Source: Octopus bimaculoides (taxonomy: Eukaryota). From it: DNA of 64,000 nt. The stretch spans positions 81,325,919 to 81,389,918 of the forward strand of contig NC_068985.1 in assembly GCF_001194135.2 (NCBI RefSeq). The letters run 5' to 3'. This document shows positions 49,418 through 62,150 of the stretch, piece after piece. Every line of letters starts with the position of its first letter. Position 1 is the stretch's first letter. Made by a program: the position numbers and the translations under genes. A model generated the notes under the pieces. That model was not told the origin of the DNA and did no database searches. It was given only the letters and a program-made list of their open reading frames with translations.

Positions 49418-49730
49418 GCAATCACATGGTTTCAGCCCCTGCTATAACCCTAGGCTGACCAATGCCTTGTAAATAAATTTGGTAGGTGGAAATGGTGTGG
49501 AAGCCTGTGGTATACATATGTCTGTGCGTTTGTCTCTCACCACTGTTTAACAACTGGTGTGGGTTTGTTTACATCTCTGTAACTTCGTGATTTGGCAAAG
49601 AAACCCATAAAATAAATACCAAACTTTAAAAAGAAAATATGTACTGGGGTAGATTTATTTGACTAAATTCTTCAAAGTACTGTCCCAGTGTGGCCACAGT
49701 CTAATGACTGAAACAAGTAAAAGATAAAAG
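49418..49730 (+). mobile_element. SINE family A, degenerate and 5'-deleted
   Basis: CACATGGTTTCAG..GACCAATGCCTTGT..GACTGAAACAAGTAAAAGATAAAAGA. Confidence 0.7.
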
Positions 49731-51346
49731 ATTATAATATCTAATTCATTACCTAGCTGCTGTAACCTCTACTTCACAACAGTTATATTAACTCAACTCT
49801 ACCCTCCATAACAGAAGTTAGAAACATATGTGTCAATTTAGTTGACTCTGCCTTGGCTTTAATTAATGAAATAAAATTGATTTAGCTCCTTGCCTAATCA
49901 AGAAATAATTTATATACTTGTTGGTTTTAAGAGTTAAGCCAGAAATGTCCTACCTTGTGTAACCTGTACAAAATGAACTTGTATTTATATGAATGAGAAC
50001 CAGTTTTAGCAAACATTCTTAAATATGTAATTTCTTATCAGTTCTGAAAATGTTTTACAAAAAGAAACATTAAAGTAGGGTTATAATTTGTTTTCATGTT
50101 AATTTAATATACTGCAGTTAGACTAAAATTAATTATGTATTAAGAAAATATAATTTAAAGAATACAGCATCTTTAAAATGTATTATTATTCAAATTGAAA
50201 AGTTCTATTTTTTTTAATAGCATCTTCATATATTTTGCAATATTGATAGTATTTGGTGAATGTAGCTTTCAACTTCAATCCTCTAAGAATCTGTCTATTT
50301 CATTACTAGTGATTTTTTCCCATGTTGTTTTATTAAGGAATAATTATTAATATCAAATTGAAAATTTTAATAATTCTATACATTCTTAGTGTTAAAATGC
50401 AGACTTCATTAAGAAATAGTATAAAGAATTAGTAAACCTTTAGATAAGTCAAAAATAAGAATTAGTAGTTTTATTATTTAACACATAAATGTTAGTCTAG
50501 AAAAGTTATTAATTTTCTAAGATTAAATATCATGTACATTTCGCTGATATTTGGTCTAATTAGTGTCATTGGAATTCACATCATTTTAATCCTGTTGGCA
50601 TTTTAATCCCTATAATCTTCATTTCTTTTATATAAAGAATTTTATTATGTAAAATATCTTACAAAGCTCTGTTTTATACAGAATCAATCCATTCTTAAAA
50701 TGTCCTAAAGAAAACAGAAAGAATAAAATCAGAAAAAAGAATTAATATCATATCAATTTCCTAGCATAAGTAACTTTCATTAATTATATATTCTCTTTTA
50801 AATTTTTCAAAAATATTCCTAAGCAAATAGATAAATAAATTAATGCAAATTGTCTTCATTTATTAGTTATTTTACAAAACAGTATTGATTAAAAGAGAAA
50901 CAAGCTGAAATTAAATGGTATGAGTATATTTTTCTACCTTTGGCAGCCTAAACTCAGTTTAATTGGAAAATATAGAAAATGCTTCATTATGAGAAAGATG
51001 TTGTTGTGTTGATAATAAATGCAAAATGAAGAGCTAAAATTGGATAAAAAAAAATAATAATTAAAGATTTAGGAACTCATCAATGTTATAATTCATTAAT
51101 TAGCTAGTTTGAGATTTAATCAGTGAAACAATAAATTGACATAATATCTTGAATATAAATCTATCTTCAGCAAATAAATTCACTGCCAACACACCTGATT
51201 ATATCTGTTTCTTCAATATTCTACAACTTCATAACAGAAAATATTTGACTTTTAGTAGTTTGCTTTCGCCATGCAGCTAAATATAGTGTTTACTAAATGT
51301 TATATAGTCTCTCTAAACATGTTCACCCTTTCTTTTACTGTTCTAG

Positions 51347-51609
51347 GTCCTATAACTACAGCAGCATCATTGTCATTACCAAATACCATCCCAGCCACTG
51401 CTGTTCTCACTATAACAGACACTGCTCCTACTACCATTGCAATCATTCTCACTCTTACCACACCTCCACTAATTACTACCATGTCACTCACTACTATTGC
51501 TCATACTACTGCTGCCACTATTACTGTAATTACAACAGCCACCAGTATCTCTATTACTACTGTTAAATATTTCATTAAGATTTCACTCTCAAGAGAAATC
51601 GTTATGTAA
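51347..51609 (+). other. Thr-rich low-complexity open frame (degenerate (ACT/ACC)n; possible mucin-like exon)
   Basis: Good acceptor cttttactgttctag and 87 open codons, but such tracts arise from trinucleotide repeats. Confidence 0.2.
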
Positions 51610-52789
51610 ATAAGCTAGAATGTTGCAAACTGCTTTTCATTATGTTATTCTTGCCCCCAGATCTTCCACTATCCAATGACTTGTTTACCTTTGCATTTAG
51701 CATATGAGACAGGTTGCTTTTTGTTTGTTTTCCGAACTTTTTGGATTTGAAATATTTTCTCCTCTTTAAAATTCTCTAAATTCCACACAGCTGAGTTACT
51801 AACATTCTAAGCTCTGCTGTAGTGCTATGGTGTTTGGGTTGAAGTTTGTAAGAATATGTATAACTTAGTTAGAATTACTTTTAAATTATAATAAAATTAT
51901 ATTAAATTTTCTTGTTTAAACCGATTCAGATAAAATTCTTATTTTATTTGATATTTAGTTTATCCGAGAAAAATATTTGCCAGAAAGAGTTAGAAGGAGA
52001 GAAAAATAGAAAGAGATTCTATGAATTAAGTTGATAGGATTAATAAAAGTATTTTCATTTAGTATGCAGAATACTCTGCTGAGTTGTTTTCCTTAGTCAT
52101 ATTGTAATTAATAATTGGCATCACTAAATCCCATCTATTCCTCTGTCTTTCTCTCTTCTTATATATATANNNNNNNNNNNNNNNNNNNNNNNNNNNNNNN
52201 NNNNNNNNNNNNNNNNNNNNNNNNNNNNNNNNNNNNNNNNNNNNNNNNNNNNNNNNNNNNNNNNNNNNNNNNNNNNNNNNNNNNNNNNNNNNNNNNNNNN
52301 NNNNNNNNNNNNNNNNNNNNNNNNNNNNNNNNNNNNNNNNNNNNNNNNNNNNNNNNNNNNNNNNNNNNNNNNNNNNNNNNNNNNNNNNNNNNNNNNNNNN
52401 NNNNNNNNNNNNNNNNNNNNNNNNNNNNNNNNNNNNNNNNNNNNNNNNNNNNNNNNNNNNNNNNNNNNNNNNNNNNNNNNNNNNNNNNNNNNNNNNNNNN
52501 NNNNNNNNNNNNNNNNNNNNNNNNNNNNNNNNNNNNNNNNNNNNNNNNNNNNNNNNNNNNNNNNNNNNNNNNNNNNNNNNNNNNNNNNNNNNNNNNNNNN
52601 NNNNNNNNNNNNNNNNNNNNNNNNNNNNNNNNNNNNNNNNNNNNNNNNNNNNNNNNNNNNNNNNNNNNNNNNNNNNNNNNNNNNNNNNNNNNNNNAATAA
52701 CTTCACTTCAGCAAATCTTTAAAAAATATTAACAGTAACCTCTCACCTGGTTCACGGCCACTTGGTTCCCTCTCTCAGCTGAGAGATTT

Positions 52790-53030
52790 TTTTGCTGTGC
52801 ATGCTATTTGGCTGCCCTGCAGATGCCACATTAAAAAAACTATCCTGGCACCATGCAAAAAGCACCTAGTACACTCTGTAAAATGGTTGGTGTTAGGAAG
52901 GGCAGCCAAGTGTAGAAACCATGCCAAAAAAGACAACTGGCTCCTTGTGTCACTCTCTGGCTTGTCGGTTCCTATCAAAGAATCCAACCCATGGCAGTAT
53001 GGGAAACATACATTAAATGATGATGAGGTG
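52790..53030 (+). mobile_element. Short element family C
   Basis: CTGGCACCATGCAAAA..GGTTGGTGTTAGGAAGGGCAGCC..AACCCATGGCAGTATGG..TAAATGATGATGA. Confidence 0.7.
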
Positions 53031-56000
53031 TTGCCACAATTTTATGAAATATGTGTATATCTTCAGAGGTAGTTTTCTTCAGTCATGTTGATATATCCTA
53101 GCTAAGTTTGAGAATTAATAAATAATTTTTATGGGTAGAGTATTAATGATAATTTAAAGAGATCATTGCTCCTCAGACATAACCACTTTATGGATAGCAA
53201 AAGAAAGATTTTTAAAAAGGGATTATTTCATACAATTTTAGATTGAATTCAAAGTAACTTTCATTTGGGATTAATTATTTTTAATAAAACTTGATAAAAT
53301 ATTCTTCAAAGACTATGTAAAGCTGCATAAGAATATTGTTCAGAAGTATAATTAGACTAGTTTTCTTTTAATTTACAAAGATTAGTGAATTGAAATTCTG
53401 ATAAACAAAATAAGATAATCTGCTTTAAAAAGAAAAGAAAATTATTATATCCAAGATATTTATATTATATTATCTTTTTGCAATATAACTATATCTTTGT
53501 CTTAGATGTAATCAATATGATGCACTTTTTTATAGTTTAAATATTAAATTATTAAAGTCTGCTTCCTATTAATGAATAAGTATTTGTAATTTTAAATTTT
53601 CTTATTTTATGGTCATCTTTTAAGATAAACTGCAGTATGTTTTCATATAATATTTCCATTTCAATACATTAAATAAAGTGCTATAAATACATTGAACTTG
53701 AATATTCAATATTCTTATTTTATCTTATTTTAGGCTTTAGTTTGATAAAAAAAATTTTCTCCATTTTGATTCCTATTGAAATTTAGATTTAAATTTTTCT
53801 GATAATATAGTCCCAAAACAAACATCATAATCTACATAACATGTACTATGTACTATTTCCCTAATATAATAGTGTATTATAAAATATGGTCTTTGGTTAT
53901 AGTTTAGTAATAAATGCAATAATAAAAGGGAGATGAAAATGACAAGAAAAGGAGAGGAGTGAAAATGAGAAAGCAAATAAGAGTGAGAGAGAAAGAGAAG
54001 TTGGTGTGTAGGACAGTAGTGGGGGTTAAAAGAGAATAAGGGAGGAGAAGAAATATAAATAAAAGGATAAGAGAAGATGCAGAAGAAAGAGAAAACAGAT
54101 GAGGAGTAAAAGGAAATTGAAAGAAAGCAGCAGCAGGGATGGGAACTAGAAAGAGAGATGAACTGAGAGTGAGAGAGGGGGAGAGGGAGAAGGAGAGAGG
54201 GAAACATAAAAAAATTATATATATTTTATACATGGAAAATCAAAGGCTGTAAAGAGAAAATATGACAAGGAGGAGAGAAGGACAGTGATGTTTTTTTTTC
54301 TGTATTATTGGGTGGTAGAAGATAGTATGTGGAGTTAAAGAAGAAATAAAGGAAGACAGGCAATAGAAATCAACTGTAGCCACCTGCAAGGATATGAAGA
54401 GAAATGAATGAAGAAAACAACTCTGCCTGGCTTGATACATCTTGGGGAGCTAGCGTGCACAGATGCCTCCAATTGTTAATGCATTGTAGTGCTTAGTCTA
54501 GTCCTTTTCAAGATATGTCAGTAGTACCACCATGATTAACATCAATATCTTGTTACTCACTACCCATTTCTCCAATATTACTACAACTATCCTTTCTCTC
54601 TCTCTCTCTCTCTCTCCCTCCTTCCATCTCATTTTTTTTTACTCTATCTCCTTTTTTTCGTTTTCTTTTCTCATCTATTTGAATGTCATTAAATTTAAAA
54701 TTCCTAGATCTAAAATGTACTATTTGTCCTGACCCATTCTATCAAGATTAGTCAACATCACTTCGTTTTTTCACCACAGAATCAAAGTTTATATAAATGA
54801 GTTTGTTAAAGTTTCATTTTGAGCACCGTTTCCTGCACTGTACCATTTCATGTAAGAATCAATCAAAAGCTATTCCCAACAGTGTTGTTCTGCACCAAAG
54901 ACAATGTACTCTTTCAGTCCTCTTGAATGCAGCCTATGTAAACCTGGAGTGTGCTTGCATGCAAAATTCTCTGCTTAGTATCAAATAGCTTATCTTCCAA
55001 GCATGTCAGATGAAAGTAGATGGAGATCAGAGCTATTTGGTATCTATAACAACATTACCAGCTGTAAGAATTAGCCTTATTTAAATTGTACACTATATGT
55101 CTCTATAGAAAATGTAAAAATTGTCTAAGGTTAAGAAAATAAAATTGGAAGAAATAAATGAAAATTGAAAATGACTTCGAAATATAAAAGTAAATGATAA
55201 CTTTTCTAGTGTGAAAGAAATCAATAGAGATTAAAAAGGAAGTGCCTTGTACTTTTCTAGCTTCTTTAATATTTATATTTTCTCCACCTTTTTATTATCT
55301 CTCCCCTCTCATTCCATCTTATCACAGCTGTATTTCATTCTCACTTCTGTCTTTTTCTGACCTTTATTAATGTAATATATTTTTCAGATAATTCATAAGA
55401 ATTTTATTCGTTTTATCCCTTTTATATTTTCCTTTTCATTATCAGTCTCACTTTTCTTCATCCTCACCCAATTATTTTATGTATTTTATTCATAATCCCA
55501 TATTGCTCTACCAAAGTAGTACTACTCTTACTCAGCTACTAAGCCCTAACTAACTGTCCTCTTTTCTATAATTACACTTTATTTATCCATTAAGATATGA
55601 TACAAAAGAGAACATTAAAAAAAATTATAAAAAGGTTATATTCAATTTTAAATCAAAAACTGTTTTATCAAATGCTGTTATGATAATTGTTGTGTAGGTA
55701 ATGCTCAAATACTAAATGAAATGGTGTTGACATGTTTGGTTTTTCATAATTTTTAAAGAAATACAGAAAATGTATTAACTTGACATGAAAATGTTATAAT
55801 AAAGCCAAATAATTAAAACTGGAATCTTGTCTGGACTAATACATTTGTTAACTTCAAATTGTATAGATTATATTAAGTCTGAAGAGAGGATTAAGTAAAT
55901 GTCTTAGAAAAAGTCCAGATAATATTTGGACATCTTCCAAAATTAATTAATTTGAATATATCTATACGCAATATCATTAAAAGTCTATGCTGTTTCAATA

Positions 56001-57177
56001 ATTTTTCTTCAAAGCAAAATTTCACAACTGTTTTATTAATTTGGTCTACGTATATATATATATATATATGTCTAAACTCTCTTCCTTCCTAGCTATTGGT
56101 AATGAAAGTTTTTTTAATTATAGTTTGCTAGCATTGTTCAAATATATATATTTTTTAACACTGAAAAATAAATAAAAGACACAATTGCTGAAAGATTATA
56201 TTGAGGTCTTCTTTTTGTTTATTTTTTTTTAGTATCCATCATAAAGTTCATTTCCTGTTATTGTAAATGACCACTTTAGGCTCCTTTGTGTGATAATTGT
56301 TTGCAGTTTTCTTGGCAGAATGTTTTAATAAAATCTTATAAGATTTTCTGTTAGAGCAATAATGAGTTTGAATTGGGTGAAGATAAGTGAACAGTAAATA
56401 TACTAAGAAAAAAGGGAAAATTCTGCTCATAGCTATCAACTGCCATTTAAACATTGTAATAGATAATTATGGTGCTGATTGCCATTTTATATATATTGTG
56501 TATATGTTGTTATAAACCAAGCTAAAGATATAGTTAATATCTAAGAGGCTGCTAGCATTTTCCTACTGAAGTAATTTGTATATATAAGGAGGACATTTCA
56601 ATTTAAAATTTTATCTTATATTGCATGTACAAGGATTTATTTTGAAATATTTTTGAATATTTATTATTTTTGAATTATTAGAAATAAGTTTTGCAATATT
56701 ATATGACATGTACAACTCATAATTGTCTTCAAAATTACATAGAATAAATATGAAATACAGCAAAGTTGCTTTCTAGTTTAATATCTTTGCTAAAGGTATT
56801 TGCCCTCATCAACTACAATGAACTTTAGGATTCATGAAGTAGTCTGATATTCTTGTTATTAAGGCTTCTAGCAAACTGGGGTTTTTTTTTTGTTTTTTCT
56901 TTGTTTTATTTTGTGTTTTTTTATATGACCCATCATGAAATTATACTCTTAGTTCTAATACTTCAAATCAGAACATTAACTTGATATTAACTTCTAACTT
57001 GGTTTGAAGTAAAATTATTATGAATCATTGGAGATCTCATTCTTCTAGTATCTTCTAGTACTATAGCAGTACTATAAAAAAACAATCCAAAATTTTCTGT
57101 GCCATTTATTAGGACCTGTCTTAGCCGCATCATCTGGCATCCATGCAAATCTGTTAGTATAAACATCATTATTTCAG

Positions 57178-57272
57178 GTTGTGCAAACAACAAGAGAGGT
57201 ACCTAGAGTTCAGCTCTTTGGTTTTCTAACTTACATAAGACAACTGATAGAAATGGCAATCAACTTTCTCAG
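57178..57272 (+). CDS. Gene 5 candidate exon
   Basis: cattatttcag / AG-gtatat, phase 0 to 2, VVQTTREVPRVQLFGFLTYIRQLIEMAINFL. Confidence 0.45.
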
Positions 57273-57799
57273 GTATATTGAAAATGAAAGAATACAAAAA
57301 TAGACTGATTCTGTAGCTCTCCTGAATATATGAATCATTTATTAGTACCACCATTGGGAACTGTTTAAAGGGTCTGTTGGTGGTGGTGATGTTAATGGAG
57401 ATTGTAGCTTCAATTAGCCTAGTTATTAATATATATATTGTATCTTGTGTGAAACACATGATATATCTTCTTTTCTCTACTTCTTAGTGTAGGCATGCTT
57501 TTTTTTCTTATGAAGGTAGGAATAATCATTCATTGTTCAATACAAAGCATAGTTTAAAAGTAAAAATCCAGTTGACATTAGATATCTTTTATTGTATTTA
57601 CAAAGCCTTTAATTTTTATTCCCATTGTTGAAGCAATTTTTAATATAAGTCATAGAGTGGAGATGTAATTCTAGCTAAAATTAAATATTCTTCTCATGTA
57701 TGTATGTAATATATACATGTACATATACATATATATGTATGTGTGCATGCTATGTAGGTAATCATGTATGTAATGTATGTATTATGTGTGCATGTAAAC

Positions 57800-57975
57800 A
57801 GTGAGCTAGTAGAATTATTATCATACTGGGTGAAATGCTTAGCAGCATTTCACCCATATGTATGTTCTGAGTTCAAATTCTGCTGAGGTCGACTTGACTC
57901 TTCATCTTTTCGGGGTCGATAGAATAAGCAGCAGTTGAGCACAGGAGTCTTGTGCCATAATTTGAAGCCAATATA
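57800..57975 (+). mobile_element. SINE family B
   Basis: GTGAGCTAGTAGAATT..GAGTTCAAATTCTGCTGAGGTCGACTT..CTTTCGGGGTCGATAGAATAAG. Confidence 0.75.
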
Positions 57976-58173
57976 TGTATGTATGAATGTAAGTATGGTC
58001 ATTAGTATGTTTTTTATCCCCTTTTCCTATACCAAATCCATTTATTCATTTGTGATATTTATCTGCCTTCATTTTACTTTCCATTATTTATCTTTTAACT
58101 TTTATTATCAACTTCTTCTATCTGGTTCTTAATTTCTAAAAGGTCCTTGCTTGGTATTTTTACTTGGGTGTAG

Positions 58174-58231
58174 ATATTATTACTATTTCCTTACATCAAT
58201 GCATAGCACTTCACTTCATTATCCTGCACAT
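58174..58231 (+). CDS. Gene 5 candidate exon
   Basis: GTAAGT donor, phase 2 to 0, YYYYFLTSMHSTSLHYPAH; alternative in-frame acceptor at 58142. Confidence 0.45.
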
Positions 58232-58970
58232 GTAAGTAAAAACAGGATATTGTAATCACTCTTGTTTGTCTGTGTGTTTGCAAAATTACTGGAAAATGGC
58301 TGAATGGATTTTCACCATATTTGGTAGAAATATTCATTGGGTGAGTGGCTCGAAATGATGAACATTTGGTTTGGTTATCTTTTTTTAAGAAAAAGAAGTT
58401 AAAAAAAACTAACTTACAAATTTCCCAATATGCAAGTAGTCATGTTATTTTGTTCACTTTCTTTTTCATAAGAATTGACCCTCGTGTGTGTGTGTGTGTA
58501 TGAATCATGGTGTACCTATGCGCATAGATACATGTGCATACATACATACATACATACATAAATAGATATGCAAGTGTATGTGTGTGTGTGTACACTAAGT
58601 TGATTTCTTAATTTCACTGGGGTATAAATACTTATAATGGTGACACTTAAAAACGAATTAATTCTGTTCAGTTAAAAAGCATGGGTAAGCAATGCATTGT
58701 AAGCCACACTATCATTTGCCAAAAAATTTATCTGCATGCAAGGTATGCATTGCCCCTCAATGCCTTTTTTCTTCATTCATCATGATTTCACTCGTTATAT
58801 ACATTAATTAAGATACATTGACGACTGTTTTTCTTCTATCAAGTCCTTTGTAAAGTGAAAGATTGGAAAAATTCCTTTCTGTGTTGGGTAGAATGCATCA
58901 TAGGTACTTATTCTGACTCTGTACTCTGAGTTCAAATCCCTCCAAAGTCAGTTTTACTATTCATCTCATC

Positions 58971-59241
58971 CAGGGCTGGTTTCAAGCTAATTAGACAGCT
59001 TTGTTCAAATTGGGCCCGGCACCAAGTAAGGGCTCCATGCACATGCTTGAGCGGTGGACATTATGGCGAATTTTTAGTACATCATTGTGGCTAAAGATGG
59101 AATCTCAAGCTTTCAATGTTTTTTTGGCTGGAACTGGCATACTACATGAAGCATAAAACATCAGTCTTCAGCTTTTGTAGAGTAGGAGACGCCCGCTGAT
59201 AATTTTCTAATTGGGCTCTGCACTTTCTAGCACTAGCTCTG
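58971..59241. mobile_element. hAT-like MITE inserted in a SINE B copy (SINE about 58870-59280)
   Basis: Ends CAGGGCTGG and CTAGCTCTG; 8-bp flanks ATCTCATC / ATCAAATC (6 of 8 match). Confidence 0.5.
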
Positions 59242-59535
59242 ATCAAATCTTTTCACAGTTGATAAAAATGTACCAATCCAAGGTAGTGGATTTGTGGAAC
59301 CATAAAAACATTGTATTGGATGCCTTTTTGCATTTGTACCAGTTCTTTGTATTCTGAAATCAAATACTACCATAATATACTTGAATGGTAGTCCTAATTT
59401 CATAACCATTTTAACATCACTATCTTACTCCTTGGATGTTTTCAGTGGACTCCAATCAGTAGTCCTGTAAAAAATCTCAGAAACTGCTTTCCCTCCTGAC
59501 TAAGATATAAGGAAAATAGAGTAAAAATACTTTAC

Positions 59536-59588
59536 CTGGATTTGAACTTTCAGACTGTCCTTTACATGGAACAAGTAATTACTTCAAC
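59536..59588 (-). other. Candidate non-coding exon antisense to gene 5
   Basis: ctttttttttatttttcag acceptor and CAG-gtaaag donor; all three frames contain a stop. Confidence 0.4.
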
Positions 59589-59951
59589 CTGAAAAATAAA
59601 AAAAAAGATGGACCATTTTCACTAAGCAGTTGATTGGACACTCTACTTCTACAATTATAACAGAAGCTATTCCTTCATTCTAATGTATTGTATTGCATTA
59701 TAAGTGATATTTATATGATTTTGAAAATTAAGCTTGAATTAATTAGTTAATTATTCCATTATCCATGGCTGCTTCAAATAGCAATTTTTATGTCGTCTTA
59801 ACTCAGTGAAATATGCCTGTAGCAGGTCATCATTCCTATTATTTTATCATCTGGAACAGACAATCCATGGAACCATAAATATAAGGCACCAGTTTATGAA
59901 TTACTAATGTTTAAAGAAAATATTAATAGATTTGTTTGTCTGGTTCTTCAG

Positions 59952-59976
59952 ATTTGGAGACTTTGGGAAAAAAGAA
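59952..59976 (+). CDS. Gene 5 candidate exon
   Basis: ggttcttcag acceptor, phase 0 to 1, IWRLWEKR, donor gtatct. Confidence 0.4.
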
Positions 59977-60055
59977 GTATCTAATTATAAAATACTTACA
60001 TGGATTTTTAGTGAAAATGTATTCAAAATCAGCTTTTAAATAATTTCTTTTGCAG

Positions 60056-60153
60056 TTAACAATTCAGCTGGACAGAAAATTCCAGAACAGCAAGGTTCTA
60101 CAGGCTATAACAGTTCAAATTTATCTAAAGCAGAAGATGACAAGCTAAGAGAG
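60056..60153 (+). CDS. Gene 5 candidate exon
   Basis: tttcttttgcag / GAG-gtcagt, phase 1 to 0, NNSAGQKIPEQQGSTGYNSSNLSKAEDDKLRE; 79-nt upstream intron. Confidence 0.5.
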
Positions 60154-60309
60154 GTCAGTTTATTAAAATGATTTAATACAGTTTCACTTCTGGAATAATT
60201 ATTAAATAATTTTCTATTCTCATTGATTATATATATAATACAAAAAATATATATGCATGTATACACACATATATGTATATACTTTCATCTACATATGTAT
60301 ATAGATGCA

Positions 60310-60541
60310 TATCAGGGTACAGGACGCTAGAACAATGAACCACAGACAATGGAACGAACACATAGGAAAACAGAAAACCACTTGGAATTATTCATCAGCT
60401 GCCTCTATTCTAACTCGACGTTTCGAAGATAAGGCAAGACCTACTCTAGAATAGTCTCTCCCTGAGTAGTGGATCAACCAACTAAACAGTGGATTCCAAG
60501 GTGGCAAACGTAAACCAAGACAGGAAAAATTGAACAGTGAA

Positions 60542-60545
<4 letters not shown>
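60310..60545 (-). mobile_element. Interspersed repeat with Penelope-like/hammerhead-like motifs
   Basis: - strand has CGAAACGTCGAGT and CTGATGAA; flanked by TA-rich microsatellites. Confidence 0.4.
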
Positions 60546-60593
<48 letters not shown>

Positions 60594-60599
60594 GTATGT

Positions 60600-61160
60600 C
60601 ATTATTCATCATTGGAATGTCAATAGCAACGACAGGGTATTTTTATTTATTTGTTTTTATTTGTTTTTATTTGTTTGTATGTATATGTGCAAATTTGTAT
60701 GTTTTGTTTTATGTATGTCTTCTCATGCATATAGTTGCATATCTAGACATGCTCATATATATTTAAATGATAAACTTCTGGGTAGTTTTTCAGATTTTTA
60801 CAGTTCCAGTGATGGCTTGGATCTGCATTCCTTGAATCAGCTTGCTCCATTCTGGTTTTGAGAAACCTAATTTCTCAAGATTGGTATTTAGGCAGTGTAT
60901 TACAAATGCCAGTGCCACAATAGTTACAGGTATAAACTTGAACTTGTAATCTGGATAGAGAAACTGCAGATTTCTCAATAGTTCAGCATAAGGATTCTTT
61001 TTTAATAATTTTCAGCTTCATGTTGACATCTGCTGGGTAGCTGATTTCCTCAACTCTACACAGTTTCTCTTCTCTATCCCAAATCATAATATCAGGTCTA
61101 TTGTGTTTACATTTTATTGAGGATTTCACTGGGATATTCTACCAGTATTCCTTTTTATTA
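60600..61160 (-). mobile_element. 3' fragment of an REL-endonuclease non-LTR retrotransposon (R4/Dong-like)
   Basis: ..NIPVKSSIKCKHNRPDIMIWDREEKLCRVEEISYPADVN..YAELLRNLQFLYPDYKFKFIPVTIVAL..QIQAITGTVKI, then a 3' UTR running into (TA)n at 60548-60592. Confidence 0.75.
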
Positions 61161-61511
61161 TGAGTGGCTATGGCTTCTGTATGTATGTATGTATGTATGT
61201 ATGTATGTATGTATGTATGCATGCGTATGTGTGCATGCATGTGTGTGTGTGTGTGTGAGAGAGAGGGAGAGTGAGAGAGAGAGAATTCTTTTCCTCTTTT
61301 TAATTTAGAATAAAAAAGTTGTGAAGGAAATCATCTTGTTTTGTTCATCATCCCTTCAATCTTAAATTCTTGTAGATTTCTATAGTCCCAAATATCGTGA
61401 TCATTTGTAGTGTATGAATTAAGGNNNNNNNNNNNNNNNNNNNNNNNNNNNNNNNNNNNNNNNNNNNNNNNNNNNNNNNNNNNNNNNNNNNNNNNNNNNN
61501 NNNNNNNNNNN

Positions 61512-61572
<61 letters not shown>

Positions 61573-61904
61573 AACACAATTGTCTTTAATGTACATAATA
61601 TGCAATTTATTATATGTATATTGTGTGTGAATCAAGAAATAATGAATTGGCAAAAGATAAGAGCTAAAATGTTTCTGATGAATTAGACCAGAGTTGACAG
61701 TTACAACAGAAATAATCTCAGAAAGTTGAAGGGTGAAAATTATCTTATTTATACATGAATCTAGTGACATATGGTCTTTAGCAATATGAAAAAATCTCCA
61801 AGGGAGTTGAACTCCAGAGTTTTTTCAACCCCTCCAAAGCATCTTAGAATGTTTCATAAGTCTTTAGGCACAAAAATTAAGTTTTCCCTAACTACCACCA
61901 ACTG

Positions 61905-62150
61905 ACATCATCATCATCATCACCATCATCATCCTTTAATGTCTGTTTTCCATACTGGCATGGGTTTAACTGGAACTGACAAGTTGGAGAGCTACATCAG
62001 GTTCTTGTCTGATTTGGCTTGGTTTCTACTGCTGGATGCTTTTCCTAATGCCACTCTCATTACAGTGTATTCTGGGTACTTTTAGCGTGGCACTGCACAA
62101 GTGTCTTTATGTGGCACTGTCATGGGTGCTTTTTACGTAGCACCAGCACA
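61905..62150 (-). mobile_element. Short element family C
   Basis: (CAT)n, TTTAATGTCTGTTTTCCATACTGGCATGGG, GCTGGATGCTTTTCCTAATGCCA. Confidence 0.75.

Noticed and set aside
54855-55040. Cys-rich + frame QQCCSAPKTMYSFSPLECSL and CQMKVDGDQSYL as upstream exons of gene 5
   Set aside because: Phase-compatible, but the acceptors are weak and alternative frames are equally plausible.
57226-57459. - strand ORF ending in a GTAAGT donor (..KVDCHFYQLSY)
   Set aside because: It overlaps gene 5 exon 57178-57272 and has three competing acceptors; not resolvable without transcripts.
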